Of a stretch of 64,000 nucleotides of DNA, positions 37,395 through 50,535 are shown one piece after another; position 1 is the stretch's first letter; every line of letters begins with the position of its first letter. The stretch spans positions 434,001-498,000 of the forward strand of contig CM039010.1 in assembly GCA_017499595.2 (NCBI GenBank). Reading direction: 5' to 3'. A program made the translations under genes and the position numbers. The notes beneath the pieces were generated by a model, which was given only the letters and a program-made list of their open reading frames with translations, had not been told where the DNA came from and did not search any database. This stretch comes from Psilocybe cubensis (taxonomy: Eukaryota).

Positions 37395-39167
37395 TTATCT
37401 TCCAAAAAGCCGTTGGTACCACTTCTTGGATTTAGCCTTCTCAGGGGTGGCCACCCCGACCCTTGTTGTTGCATCATCAACCGGACGACGGAGTTTAGTG
37501 GATTTCCATCCAGGAAGGAGCTCTACTTGAGAAGTTCCCTCCTCTTGACCATCTTCAATGGGTTCCTGTATATCTGCATTCCCCGATGAACCTAAATTGT
37601 TGTCGGCAGTTTCGGTTGACTTGACCAGACTTTGGGGGTTGTTGGGTTCAACAACAGGGGATATCGACTGCTTGGTAGCGTTGGGACGCTGTGGGTTTTC
37701 AATAATCAGTGTATACACACTTTGACATTTCTGGTTTAAATAACTTACTGGTTCTGAAGGCAAAGGTGGATTTGCATCTGGTGCAGTGTTTGATGGAACA
37801 CGGTTTGTCGGTCCTACCAGGGTTAAATTCGATTCAGCTAGGTTTTCTTGATATCGTATACTCTGTTGTTAAATTGAATAAGAACAAATTAGTCAGAAAA
37901 AACCACGATAGACGACATTGTTAAATGAAAACTGACAGCTAGGTATTCAGAGCCTGTTTGCGTACTATCAGACATTATACTGTCGTGGTCGGAGCTTGGG
38001 TCATACTAGTATCCAATTAATAAGGGTGCCCAACGTTGAACATAAACGCGATTTGCGACTATAAACAACTTGCTCACAGGCTCGGCAATTGGGAACGATA
38101 TTCCTTTCCACATGGCCAACGAATTGGAAACAGCTGATTGATTGTGCAAGCAAGTCGAGGTCAGCTACTATAACTTGAAACCTGGCACCAGATTTATTTG
38201 CTTACTTCTTCGGCGCACCGCAAAACTACGTGGTGATTCCATTGGACCTTGCAAGACCCATGCATTTGAATAGAGCTTAGGAACTGAGACTTGTTGACCT
38301 TCAGGGGTGACGATATAAAATTCCTTCAGTTCAGCGGTACGGCTCCGATTTACGATGATATTCAACGGCTTGTTTTTGCAAATGGATACTGGTTCCCAAG
38401 GAATGATAGAAGGTATTGTGCGCGTCCCATTACCGAAGCCCTCCGCATTTACAGGGACCTTGGTGTAGAATTGTGGATAAAGTTCTAGGGAAAAGCTACT
38501 CAATACCCGGTCCTTCGTCCGACTCCTGCGGTGCAAGACGGTGTATTCGATGATCCTGTGCATCAGAATGTCAAAGTTAGCGGTACATTCTATCATAACT
38601 GTTGCACATGTAATGTTAATACACCGAATTGTCGTTTCACAAATTCAGATCACTTGCCAGGCTCAATCTGAGTTCGTTGATCATTGAACTTCTTTGTGGT
38701 GTTGTCGAACGAGAATGGAGTTTCTCCCCAGATGAATATATCCAACGTTACGGTGGGTTCATTTTTTAACTTCGATATCTGGACATAATGAGCAGAGAGT
38801 ATGAATGCGATAAATAATGGACAGGTATGTAAAAACTTCACCTGTTCTTCAAGCACTTCTCTGTATTTTTTCATGTAGTCGATCGCTCTCTGATCCATTT
38901 CAGTGGCCACTGGAAAAGAGCTGATCCCCTCCACTTTATTTGTCCACCTGATGAATAAAATGTAAGAGTACACCAAGCAACAAAAGAGAGCATGTGTGTA
39001 AGAGTAGCATACCATTTATTCAAGGAGACGCGATATTTTTCGATATATTTTTCCAATTTCTTATTGGCATCTTCGAAAAGTTGAACGATCGTATCTTTAT
39101 CGGACGATCTTTCTCTCAGTGTCCCCGCTTTCAATGCTTTCCCTATCGAGGCAAAAAGGCTGGACAT
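37395..39167 (-). CDS. Hypothetical multi-exon protein
   Basis: Collinear minus-strand ORF pieces (38871-39167, 38650-39015, 38168-38596, 37395-37763) separated by GT-AG intron-like gaps. Ends KSKKWYQRLFGR*. No family recognised. Confidence 0.55.
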
Positions 39168-40845
39168 AATGTAAAATACACTGGTACGAGTCCAAATCCA
39201 ACATACCTTTCAAGGTCTTTGGTCTGTTCGGTATTGAAGGGACTCCCAATACTGTTCTCAGGTAAAGATCGGCACATCGAAACAAGAAATAGGCTCCTCA
39301 TATAATATGCCCTTCTAGTGTTTGTCAGTTTTGCCGCTCCGTTGGTGAAAAGGCTTTTCAGTAATTCGCCGACTCCCATATCTGCCCTGATTAATGTTAT
39401 GGTCGAGTACAAGATGTCGAGAGCAAGTCCTTGACGCGCTCGCAGAGTTTGGTGTATTCATCGATGCCGCGAGGATGCGTCGTGCACATCACGATGGGGT
39501 TGCTATTGTGATTTTAGAATATCAAGGAAGGGTGATAGATGATATTAACTTGGCATCGAACATGGATGCTTGCAAGAATAGATTTGAACTCTAAAAAATG
39601 ACGCACTGTTCACCCGATATATTAAATGCCCAGCTAACGTTCCCGCAGTCTACCAAGTATGGCTCGCCTTATACTATATAGTATGCTCGCAAAGTATCCA
39701 ATAGGTGAGTGAATTAAGTGGTAAAAAGCGATAATATCTAAAAAATGTGAAGTATAGACTTGCAGTTGCGCTGCGGCAGAGTAAGTCAAACGATGATAGT
39801 CTACAATTTGGGTGTTAGTTTAGGATTTATTGATGAAGGAGGTTTTCCCTCGCTGCGAAAGTGAGTTCGAAACACTCTTCAAAGTCTCCTTGGAAGCGCG
39901 ATGGTCTCCTGATACAGTGCAGGAAATTGCTGGTGGACATAACCCCCATCTTGCCTTTCTTGAAACGAGGACCACGACTATGATTGAATCCAGGCTTTCC
40001 TATTGAGTGGGTTGAATTATCAAACTTCTCCTTATCGACCTTTTGTTAAATTTCAATGTATAACCTTCAATCAGTTGCGAAGTGGCCTTGCATCGGACAG
40101 CTTGGATTACTCACATTTTCTGCAATAAATTTAATAAACAGTTAATCCCACGAGATGGTCAAGTGAGCGTCGAAGAGGTTAAGATTTTATTCGAACATAC
40201 CCATTGCTTCATAGTGCAACATCTTCGGAATGAAACCCACATGGCGCTGGGAGACCCTTCAACTTGATTGAGTCTCCTTGAATCTTCCTGTTCTCCATGA
40301 ATAAAATAAAACATACGCTGTCCCACACCAACGATCTGTGACTGGTTCCCATTATCTTCTTCATCAAGGACCCGCTGCCAAAAACCCAATCTGCCTCTCT
40401 AACACCGACTTTGGCCTGGAATGACATGTGACGGAGTACTAGCACCGTAGCCTCCCCTCGGACGTACCAAAGCGGACTAGCGGGTTTTAACCAGCTCAAA
40501 GTTCGAACGCTGTTACGCGAATGCTGAAACTTCTGAAACGAAGAGAACCATTGCGGTACCTTACCTTTTCGTGGTTTATTTCCCTGGACAATGGGTTTCC
40601 CTCTCCCGATGGGCATTTGCCATCGAATGTGGACATAGACCATCGAGTTCCTTTCCTTTCCTTTCCATTCCTTTTTTCCCTCCTATACCTCCTGCTGTTT
40701 CTTCAAAACCACGGAACATTGAGTTCCCGAACACAATCATTTATATATAACATCCATTCACCAGGACACGCGCCTCCGACCTCCCCCGTGCGTCAGCTCA
40801 CCCAAAACACGAAGAGCAAAAACTCCATCCGGGATTAAAATCATT

Positions 40846-41839
40846 ATGAAGCGTGCATTGCAGTCTCTTGCAGCGCTCCTCTCCGTGGCGGGCTCAGCAC
40901 TGGCGAACAGCTCCCCGCTGATCAACAACCCGATCTATATCATCACCAACGCGGAGACACCTTCGCTTTTCCGCCCCGGCTTGTCGCCCATCGGGTTCCA
41001 GCGCGCAACGCAATGTTTGCCGCAGGTGAGTGGTGTGCTCAATAGCACTCATGCAGCATTATTTGTCCGGACAATAATAATGACGTCCGACCTATCCTTG
41101 GTTTTGCTATCACTCTCGTTCCCGGTGTGAGGGTACAGCTCTTCCAAACGCTGGATATTGGCAAGATTATCATGTGTCCGCGCAACGACGACAGTGCGGT
41201 GTGCTTCGAAACACTCGCGACAACGCAGCCCACCGCCGACGCGCTGGGCCTACCCATCGATACCAGCTGGTAATCTCCTCCCATTGCCATATTCCCAACC
41301 TCACTTCACCGCCCTAACTGATATTCGAACAGTGGCGCGGATGAGAATACAGACGATAACTGCGTCACCAACCTCGCAAAGAAATTCGCCAAGACGAGCA
41401 CACAGGCAATTTTGATCGTCTGGGCAAGTCATATCCCCCATCCGCCTCTGCGTTTTGTGATAATTAATTGTCCAAATATCCAGGACTTCGACGAAATTGG
41501 TGCCCTGCTCGAGTCAGCACTGGATCTCGACACCGACCCCGCAGACGCCATCGACGGTATCCAGTAAGCAAGAGAACCCCATCTATTTTGAACACAATCC
41601 ATTCACTTACCGCCGTTCGTATTAACCAAATGTATAGCTTTGACATATTCACCGTTGTGATCAAAGGAAAGATCAAACAAGTCACGTCGCAGAACTGCAC
41701 CGATATCGACGGCGTTGCACCAGGCACTGCTACCCGACGAGCTATCGCTAGCACTGAGGAGCTATGGACCGAGGAGGAGGTGGAGAGGGAAAATGTTAGT
41801 AGGCGCAGGACGGCGAAGAGCAAGAGGAGCTTTTGGTAA
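40846..41839 (+). CDS. Secreted histidine-phosphatase (phosphoglycerate-mutase-like) fold protein lacking the RHG motif, paralog A
   Basis: Signal peptide MKRALQSLAALLSVAGSALA, then PIYIITNAETP...GLSPIGFQRATQCL.../IGKII...PTADALGLPIDTSC/...CV...ILIVW/.../FDIFT...SQNC. Four introns, one with a GC donor at 41424. Confidence 0.8.
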
Positions 41840-42308
41840 ATGGCAGAGGCGATAGCAGAGAAGAGGAAAAGAGGATCTAATCGGCCTTTTCAATCTTCTA
41901 AATTGAAAGATTGTAGTTCATACTTATACCCATTTTACTGTCATCTTCCGCTGTTGGGTATGCTGTGAATAATGAATAAAATCAATGCAAGAATTGAGGT
42001 CGCAGCAACCCTGTGTTCTGTTCCATGCTTCGACCTCGCTGATTGCGTTTGGCTGCATCAGTGTAAACTTGAAAACAATCAAGGAAGTTGAAAAAGAAAA
42101 GAAGAGGTTCAGGCACAGAAAGAAATTCTAATCATCACATTCTCCATCATAATCATGGGGTGCATACATGTGCGAGACATTGAGCAAAGAAAAAGAAAAT
42201 TGAAAATGAGGATCAAAAAGGATGAAAAGAGATATACAGAAGGAAGAAAATGCAAAAAAGAGGGAAGAATAAACCAAAAGCACAACATATGAAATGAATG
42301 CCCCAGGT

Positions 42309-43704
42309 TTACCCGGTCTTGTTCTTGCTTCTCTTTCCGACCTGCGCCTGGAAACCACTCTTGATGGCGTTGACGGAACGTCTACTGCCGCAAGATTCGC
42401 ATGCCATGAAGAAGATACGGTTCTCCTTTGTGAGAAGGGTGTCAGGCGATTTGCATGTTTTGCAGGTAACATATTCGACTGTGTAAAGTAGACGAGGAAG
42501 AAGATGAATATAGGAGCAAGTAAAAAAATGTGAGTGTCAGTGAGATATGCGGCAAAAGGAGATAACGCACCCATGTAACGACGAAGGACATTCTCGACTT
42601 GTTTCTGTTGGAAACGACCCTTGATGACTAGACGTCCAGCACCGTCAACACTACCTGTTGTACCCATTTCGGCGAAGAGGAATTGGATGACATGTTCGGG
42701 CTATCATACAGCGAGAATTAACAAAAAATGAAGCATGTCCCATATTTTGTAGCCTAACGTACCTGACGATGCATCTTTTTGCAGATATCAGTAACATTAG
42801 CGAAGATGGATTTCTTATTTCCTTCACGGAAGAGTTGGGGAGGGGCGATGGTGTAGCGTTTCTTGGAGGAGCTTGATAGGAGTGAGGGGTTGGCGGCGTG
42901 TAGTGAAGCGTAGAATCGTGTCAGAAGCTAATCGGCCAAATGTGTCAGATCGTCGTACATCTTATAAGCGTTCCTTGGTACTTACCTCCTGATATGTGTA
43001 ATCACGATCGCTTTTCAGCCATGGCTCATTGCCAGCGTCAAGTCCAACAGGCGCATCACCAGGACGGGCGAATGGATCATCGCCAAGCTCTTCTTCGTCA
43101 ATGTTGTCGAGATGTGAACCGTCTGGCTCCGGGCCATCATCATCATCGTCCTCAGCACCTTCAGATTTCGACGCCTTGGCTGGCTTGGAGTCGTTGATCT
43201 CCTTCTCGAAAGCATCAAGGTCAAAGTTGGCCTTTTTCTTGCTTGACTTCTTTTTCTTCTTCATGTCTGAGAAGTCGAGGTCATCGGCAGTGATAGTAGC
43301 ACTCTCCGCAGGTGCAGCATCTCCAGCTACCTGGGCTGGCGTCGACGTTCCGGAGTCATCGCCCTGCTCCGTTGTGAGATTATCGGCCAAGATAAAAGAT
43401 TAAATACACGCACGAAATCCATCGGAATCTCCTTCTTCTTTTTCTTCTTCTTCATATCGCCAAACATCGCCTTGAAGTCTTCCTCCTCCTTGTCCTTTTT
43501 TACGGCCTTAGCCTCAGCCATAAGTTCATGGGCGGTGGTTGGCCCGAGATCGACAGGCTCGCCGCTGATGGTAGTGTTGTCGATGGTCTCGGGTGCTGGT
43601 TTTGTGGGATCAGCATCGGCGCCGAGGGGGTCTTCGATAAACACGACGGCCTTTTTCTTTCTTTTCTTGAGGGAAGGGTCAAAAAGCGGTTCCTCTGAAG
43701 CCAT
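42309..43704 (-). CDS. SUI3: Translation initiation factor eIF2 beta
   Basis: Three poly-Lys boxes, [28 protein letters not shown], Zn ribbon CKTC...CESC. Confidence 0.96.
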
Positions 43705-43864
43705 TTTACAGTCAGTTAGCGAAAAGAGACTGAATTGACCGACTTGATCAATCAGACCAGAGAATCCAAACTCCGCAGGCGTGGGAATAAACAAATGCAA
43801 AGCCGAGAGTGCCCGACATCGCTGCCAACGCTGCAAATCACCGTAAAACTCTCCAAAACGAACG

Positions 43865-45119
43865 ATGTCCACGATGCTTGCTCGTCGTTCACTTGCCCGC
43901 GCCGCCGTCGTCGCCCAGCCAGCGGCCCTCGGCGCTGCCAGGAACATGGCCACCCTCCGTGAGATTGAGCTGCGCCTCAAGTCCGTCAGGAACATCGAGA
44001 AAATCACCAAGGTCCGTGTCGCGTTGGGCTTGTCGTCGTCGTCGAGCTCATTTTTGTCGCGTGCAGTCGATGAAAATGATTGCGTCCACCAAGCTCGCAA
44101 AGGCCCAGAGGGCCATGGAGGCCGGCAAGAAGTACGGCGAGGCTAACAAGGGTCCGTGTTCCTTTTATATGGCACAACATCATACACCAAAACATACTTT
44201 CAGAGGTCTTCGCTCACGTTCCTTCCGACAAGCCCACACCCAACAAGCTGTTCGTTGTCATCTCCTCCGACAAGGGTCTTTGCGGTGGTATCCACTCTTC
44301 CGTCTCTAAGGCCACCCGCAAGGCTTTCGCCGGTGCTGAAGACTCGCCTTTCGTCGGCGTCTCACCCAACGACGCTGCCATTGACGCCACTTCTCCCGTC
44401 GTCATTATTGGTGACAAGTCCAAGGGTCAGCTCCAACGCACCCTCGGTGCCAATTACCAGATCACCTTCAACCAGATCGGTCGTGACATTCCTACTTTCG
44501 CTGACGCCGCCGCCGTCGCTGACCTCATCGTCCAAAGCGGCATCAAGTACGATGCCGTTGTCCTCGTTTACAACAAGTTCATCAGTCAACTTTCCTACGA
44601 ACCCGCTATTATGCAAGTGAAGGGAGAGGCAGCTTTGAACGAGTCGGGTGCGTGTTCACATCACTGGCTGACACTCTGGTCCATTGACAGCAGCATTTTC
44701 CGCAGATGCCTTCAAGGTTTACGAGAACGAAGACGACGCCACCAAGGACCTCGCTGAGTTCTCTCTTGCCAATGCCATCTACGCCGCTCTTGTCGAAGGA
44801 CATGCTTGTGAACAGAGCGCTCGGTACGTTCTTCCACCCTATGTTCTAAACGTGGTATATCTGACTTGACTTTTTATCCCTTTCTATATCTGTCACGCAG
44901 TCGTACTGCCATGGAGAATGCCTCGAAGAATGCCGGAGAGATGATTGGTACCCTCCAGATGCAGTACAACCGTGGTCGCCAGGCCGCCATCACCAACGAG
45001 CTGGTGGATATCATTACTGGTGCGTATTCTCCTTTGTTGTTATTTTTGTGCATACTTTTGGCTTTCTTGTGTTCTTTCTGACGCGTATATTTACTCTCAT
45101 AGGTGCCAGTGCTCTGTAA
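43865..45119 (+). CDS. ATP3: Mitochondrial F1-ATP synthase gamma subunit
   Basis: Presequence then [81 protein letters not shown]. Confidence 0.97.
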
Positions 45120-45978
45120 GCGGATTCGACTGCACATACAGCATAGATTATCGTACTTCTGCCTGCTTGAGCATCTCGTTCAAATCCAATATATTATCAT
45201 GGAAACTTCATTGGCCTCTTGGAAGCCTATTGATAATGTTCTTTTGCTATCTGACTTCAACGTCTTTCCGCGTTTCGCGGATTCCTGTAATTACGGCTAC
45301 TATCTTGAGTTCGTATTTTGAGGATATATGCTGACATGTGGTAACGCTCGCAACACCCCTCCTTGCTCTAGGAATTTGCTGTGTACGTGTAAATCCACTA
45401 ACTTTATTTATTTATAACTCATTTCATCTTTTCTTTACAGAATCATTTCTTCCAATTGTCTCAAATTGGTTTTAATCACTGCCTCGGGAAGCACACACAC
45501 AACTAGGGCATTCAATCATTTCATTAAGCTCTTATCATTTCCCTTAATAACAACGATGGCTCATGTTCAGATAATAAGCACCTTCCCTTCTCAGGTCCTT
45601 GATCTCGTTTAGACTTGTGGGTGGCCTCTACAATTGCCCTTTCCCACGACTTTCAAGGTTGGACTTCGCCTCCGTCTTGTCTAATTTGAAGTGTAACCAT
45701 ACAAGGCAGTCTTACAAGCGCCTCGAGGCGCAGCCCCCTTCCGTTCTCACCCAGAGCAGAATCCATGTCACCTGTCAACCACATATACGTTTTTCATTGT
45801 TTTCCTTTCGTCAAGGACAAGGGTTAATTCGGCTCGGACGATGTATGTGTACATGGGAACCTGTGCGCCTAGTGTGTATAAGTACTCTTCCTTCTGCTGC
45901 CATCTCAGCCTCCTTTCCTTAAGCTGCGATCTCTCGTCATCTATAGCTTGTACTTGGACTAAACCTTTTGTTCTCAGT

Positions 45979-46981
45979 ATGACTGATAGCCCGCCCGACT
46001 ACATCCAATCCTTGACAATACCCATATACGCCCCTGCGAACGAACCGCTGAACCCAAAAACACTGACAAGAATGCAGATGCAGGGCTCTCATAATGCGCA
46101 CAAGTACATGCGGGGATACCAGATCCCTCCACTTGAGCGCACAACTGTCAGGAGTTCCACCAGGATTGCTGCTACTACATACCGGTGGGAGGGCGAGGAA
46201 GAAAACTCGGCGCATTCTGCAACTCATCTGCCATTGCCGATGGATCCTATAATTGAGCGAGTTGGGTTTTGGCTTTTTTTCCTGTTTACGGTGTGGCTAT
46301 TTGGGTGAGTTTCCTTGTCTTCCTTGATTGTCATTGTTCGATCTGATATACTAACATGGTTATTGTGTGTGCGATAGATTCAGCATGTGTGTATTAATTC
46401 TGACAACTGCGGAACTCGCGTTGATTCCGATGTATGTCCACCATTGTCATTCTAACAAATATCCATTTTTTATTGTCCCAATGCTCACACGGCCTTCACT
46501 TCCTAGCCTCTTCCTGCAATTCACCCAAATGATACTGACCATCGATCTGCCCCTCGCCTCTCTCCCGCTCCCGATGAGCATCCTCAGCGCGCTGTTCTTC
46601 TGCTCCTTTCTCCTCACCCAGCTACATGAATGCTTGCCATCTATCCTCGCCTCGGAGCTCAACGCGCGCTATTCGATTTGGCACCACACTCGTCGGGACA
46701 TGCCGCTTGCGCTCACTTTTGTGGGTTTGATCAGCATGTACGCGGTGTTCTCGCACGGGCTCGCGCTCCTCATTGTTGACAGCGATAAAACATTCTGGGG
46801 GGCGAGGGATGTGGAGGGCGGAGGGGTATTGGGAGTGATGTTGCAGGGCGCGAGGGGAACGGTGGGCTGCTGTGTGCTTGTGGGCATGGCACTTGTGCTG
46901 TGGCATTGGCGGTGTGTGAAGATACAGGCTGAGAGGGCGCGTGGTTGCTCAGAGGCGCGTTTGGAACAATATTCGTACTAA
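45979..46981 (+). CDS. Hypothetical multi-pass membrane protein
   Basis: Start MTDSPPDY, introns near 46305-46378 and 46432-46506, several hydrophobic segments. No family recognised. Confidence 0.55.
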
Positions 46982-47240
46982 CGATCGGGTTGGAGTAGGT
47001 ATTGTCAATTGACGAGGAGTCACTTGGGTTTATAGTTGCTTGTAATATTTTTCACCTGGGTTATCAGATAGTCTCAATAAAAATTCATTGAACAGCCTAA
47101 TAATTCAACTCTTTAACTCCTGTTAAATATCACATCACCGAAAAAACGAATATCGACTTTCCCTCTGAATACAATGCGCTGTGCTATGCACAGGCGCACA
47201 TGTACGACTGCACCCCAAAATCACATCGCTAATAATATCA

Positions 47241-48219
47241 TCACCACCGTCGATGCAGCGCCCTCTTCTCTTTCTTTTTCGACTTCGACTTTGATTTCGC
47301 CAAAGCAGCGGCGGAAGGTGAGTTTGCGTCCGTGCCTGCCGCGATACCATCAATACCGGTACAGTTCTGCGAGGTGACCTGCGAGATGACTCCTTTGTGG
47401 ACGACAGTGAACACATCAAAGCTGTTAATATCAGGTGTAAGTTGTATGAGAAAATAATGTTGAAACTTCGAAGAAGTGAATAGGACTGACTGCACGCCGT
47501 CAATAGCGTCTGCCGGGCCTGTGTTGAGGTCGAGTTTGTCCTCAAGGAGGGTACCGACTTCGCCTTGATCCTAGAAATTGTACATGTAATGTCAACTTGT
47601 TTGCTACTAAAAAGTGGCTGAAAAGGCGTACCCAAACGATGAGGATTGCTTGTGTGCTGGTCTTGGCAAAGTTCTTAACCAGGTTCTGGACGCAGTTGTC
47701 GCTCGTCTTCTCGTCTGCACCACTACATTCCGGAAAATGGGTACAGCTTTAGTAAAAAAAAAATGGATGAACAGTGCGTTTACTCAAATAGTCACGTACC
47801 AGCTGGTGTCAATAGGCAACCCGAGCGCGTCTGCTGTAGGTTGTGTGGTCGGGAGCGTTTCAAAGCATACATCGCTTCCCTTGTTCTTCGGGCACATAAT
47901 AATCTTGCCAATATCCAAGTTTTGGAAGAGCTAAGCCATTCCCAAAAGCGACATAAGTCGATACAGATTCAAAATAAAGGAAAGGTGTTTTTTGTTCAGC
48001 ACTTTACACGGTCAGACATAAGGTACAAAACAATGGACCTACCTTAGGCAAACAGTTGTTCGCGCGGCGTTGTCCAACGGGGGAAAGGCCTCCACGGGAG
48101 AGGGAGGGTACCTCCGCGTTGGAAATTATGTAGATGGGATTGTTGAGGTTTGGTGGCGAGCTCAGCGCCGCTCGCGCAAGGAAGAGCAAGGCTGTGAGCG
48201 TTTGAAGTGTTCCCTTCAT
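47241..48219 (-). CDS. Secreted histidine-phosphatase-fold protein lacking the RHG motif, paralog B
   Basis: MKGTLQTLTALLFLARAALS..PIYIISNAEVP...GLSPVGQRRANNCL/LFQNLDIGKIIMCP...TTQPTADALGLPIDTSC/...ILIVW/.../FDVFT...SQNC. Same intron positions as paralog A. Confidence 0.8.
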
Positions 48220-49722
48220 TGCGTTATCGTGTTGGTTTCTGAGCTTTGAAGACGCCCGGAGGAGCTCGGGAGGCGATTAGTATATGTAGAGGTATGTTAT
48301 ATATACGCTCTTAATTTTCAGGTCCCGAGATAACTGGGACGCAGGAAGAAGGGAGAACGGATTCAAGAGGAAGAGGATGGGAAACTTTTTCTTTTTGCCA
48401 CATACTTGCTGGAATTTTTCGGAAGAGTACTAGCAAATCAGAAACACAACAAAGTTGGCGGGGAATCTCCGCTAAGGCTTCTAAACTAAAATTAGACGAA
48501 CGCAAGCGCTAGCTCAAGCGAAACCAAAGGAGACTAGTGTATTCGATTATCTCATCGAATTTCAAGGCGGTTTTGGGAACTTTGGGGTCAACCCAGTTGC
48601 GGAGATCCATGCATTTGGTCATTCATATGTGAGAATGTGGAAGAATCTGCAGTGCACATGGTGTATGGTGGTCTTAGAAGAATATCACAAAGTGGAAAGA
48701 GAAGCGTTCTAGTTTTGTAGCGGAATCCGGGGAAAGCATGCGTTTCGAGTGACAGGTACAGGCTGAAGATAGATAGATGATCGAAGGCTTCTGAGCGCAT
48801 CACTAAATCCGCGCTAGTCCGCATATATTCATTAGAAAGCTCAATGGGTTGGGAAATTGCATTCCGCTTGTCTTGTTTCCTATGTGGCCTCAAAGGGTGC
48901 CGGGCGGACTTAGAGAGGGATTCTAAGCTTCTAAGTGTTTTTCAATTTGCACAAGAAGTAATAATGAGGATCACAAGTGAAAACATATGTTAGGTATTGC
49001 ACGCATGCTGACGTTGACTTTCAAAACCCGAATTTTCTTTAAAGTCAATCATTCAGATAAGAAACCGAAGTATAATAAAATCATGAGATGGATTCAATAA
49101 ATTCTGTTAGAGTAAGTATTCCCTCATAATGTGTCTGCTAATGAAGGTTCACGAAAAATATTTCCTCACCTGGGCGGCCATAAGTTACATTGATCATTGA
49201 TGACCAATGGGTTGATTATTTGGGCATCATCAAGGAGAAAATGAATAAACATACACTGTTTCCATTATACAGTTATGATTGATCTTTGTAGGCGCCCTTT
49301 GATGAAATTTAGATATCATACGTAGACGAGTAGACAGTTTAACGTGGGCGCCTAAGTATTCATACTATACAATGCATCATGCTTAAGGTTTACCCATATT
49401 TTCATTCATTGTACAGCTTAAGTCTTGTTTGAACTATGAGGTTAGGTTTATGTATATCGACCAATCTTGTACATAAAATCAACGTATAAAATGCTTTTTT
49501 CTCACACGGGAATCTTCTAATGTTTTCTGCACGAAAATCACAGAGATTCGAAAGAAGAAACAGGACTTCCTATTTTTGGACACGACCTAAAAATTTCCTC
49601 ATTTGGGTTGGTCGGACGATCGTGAGGAACTTCTTTGGCACGTGATGGGAATTTATTTGTTTTCTGAACATTTGAAGTTCAAATCAAAGCTTCGTTTCCA
49701 ACAACCACCAAATTGTACCAAA

Positions 49723-49930
49723 ATGATTGTTGCCACCAATGCTGAGGTCGACAAAACGGATGCAGCGTCGACACATACACTGGTCGCAGAGCAGCCTCGG
49801 AAGGTTCCGCCACATTTACCAAAATTAATCTATCTCTCGTTCGTTGTCACAACACTTGCTTTTGTGTTCGCGATTGTTGATAATGTTTACAATCACTGGA
49901 GCAATGTACCCAAAGGCGTGTCGGTCACTA
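49723..49930 (+). pseudogene. 3'-truncated four-TM family copy 3 (N-terminus and TM1 only)
   Basis: MIVATNAEVDKTDAASTHTLV...VPPHLPKLIYLSFVVTTLAFVFAIVDN...VPKG. Similarity to the family stops abruptly at ~49930. Confidence 0.75.
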
Positions 49931-50535
49931 CTTGTATCTACGTCGGTACTGAGAATGGCAGTCGGGTGTCTATATACGCGTTGAGTGCGATGTCATGTGA
50001 GTGGTCGCCACACACCATTTGAACCAAAGGTAACAGTAGTTTACCTGTTCATGATAATAAATTCTATCAATGGAACTTTATCGCGACCCTAACAACTCCG
50101 CTCGGTCTATGGGTATGTTGGCATTCTGGAGGATGACGCCGAGTAAGTGCCCACCGCGCCAGCCTATGGAGATTTGAAGGGCACGCGCCCCTACCTTGTT
50201 ATATCTCTTTCTTCTCGTGTTTTTCTTATTTTTCTTATTCTTCCTCCCCTTCAAAAGTACTTAGTTCTGTTTTCCTTTTCATTTTCATGGAACTTAAGAC
50301 CTCTTTGCCGTTCCCTCCTCTAGCTTACATGTGTACACAACAGCATGAGAATAAACGATAATTTTATCTTTCTAAAGCCTTTGGTTGGATTCGTTCACAC
50401 TACAGTTCTGGATCTTAAATGTAGTTATAGGCACCGCGCATGATCACTCTCGGCAAAATGAAAGAGTCACAGTTTATGTAAGATAGCATGCTACTTGCTT
50501 ACCCCGTTTCTACCCTCACTTTGCACCCCTTCACC

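Noticed and set aside
39850-40440. Possible small minus-strand multi-exon gene or relic, with weak similarity to 49240-49270
   Set aside because: A few GTATGT donor-like sites are present but I could not build a coherent reading frame, and the shared stretch is too short to exclude chance.
43327-44100. 257-aa minus-strand ORF extending eIF2-beta upstream through ATP3
   Set aside because: Antisense shadow of GC-rich ATP3 codons; eIF2-beta homology starts at [10 protein letters not shown] (43704).
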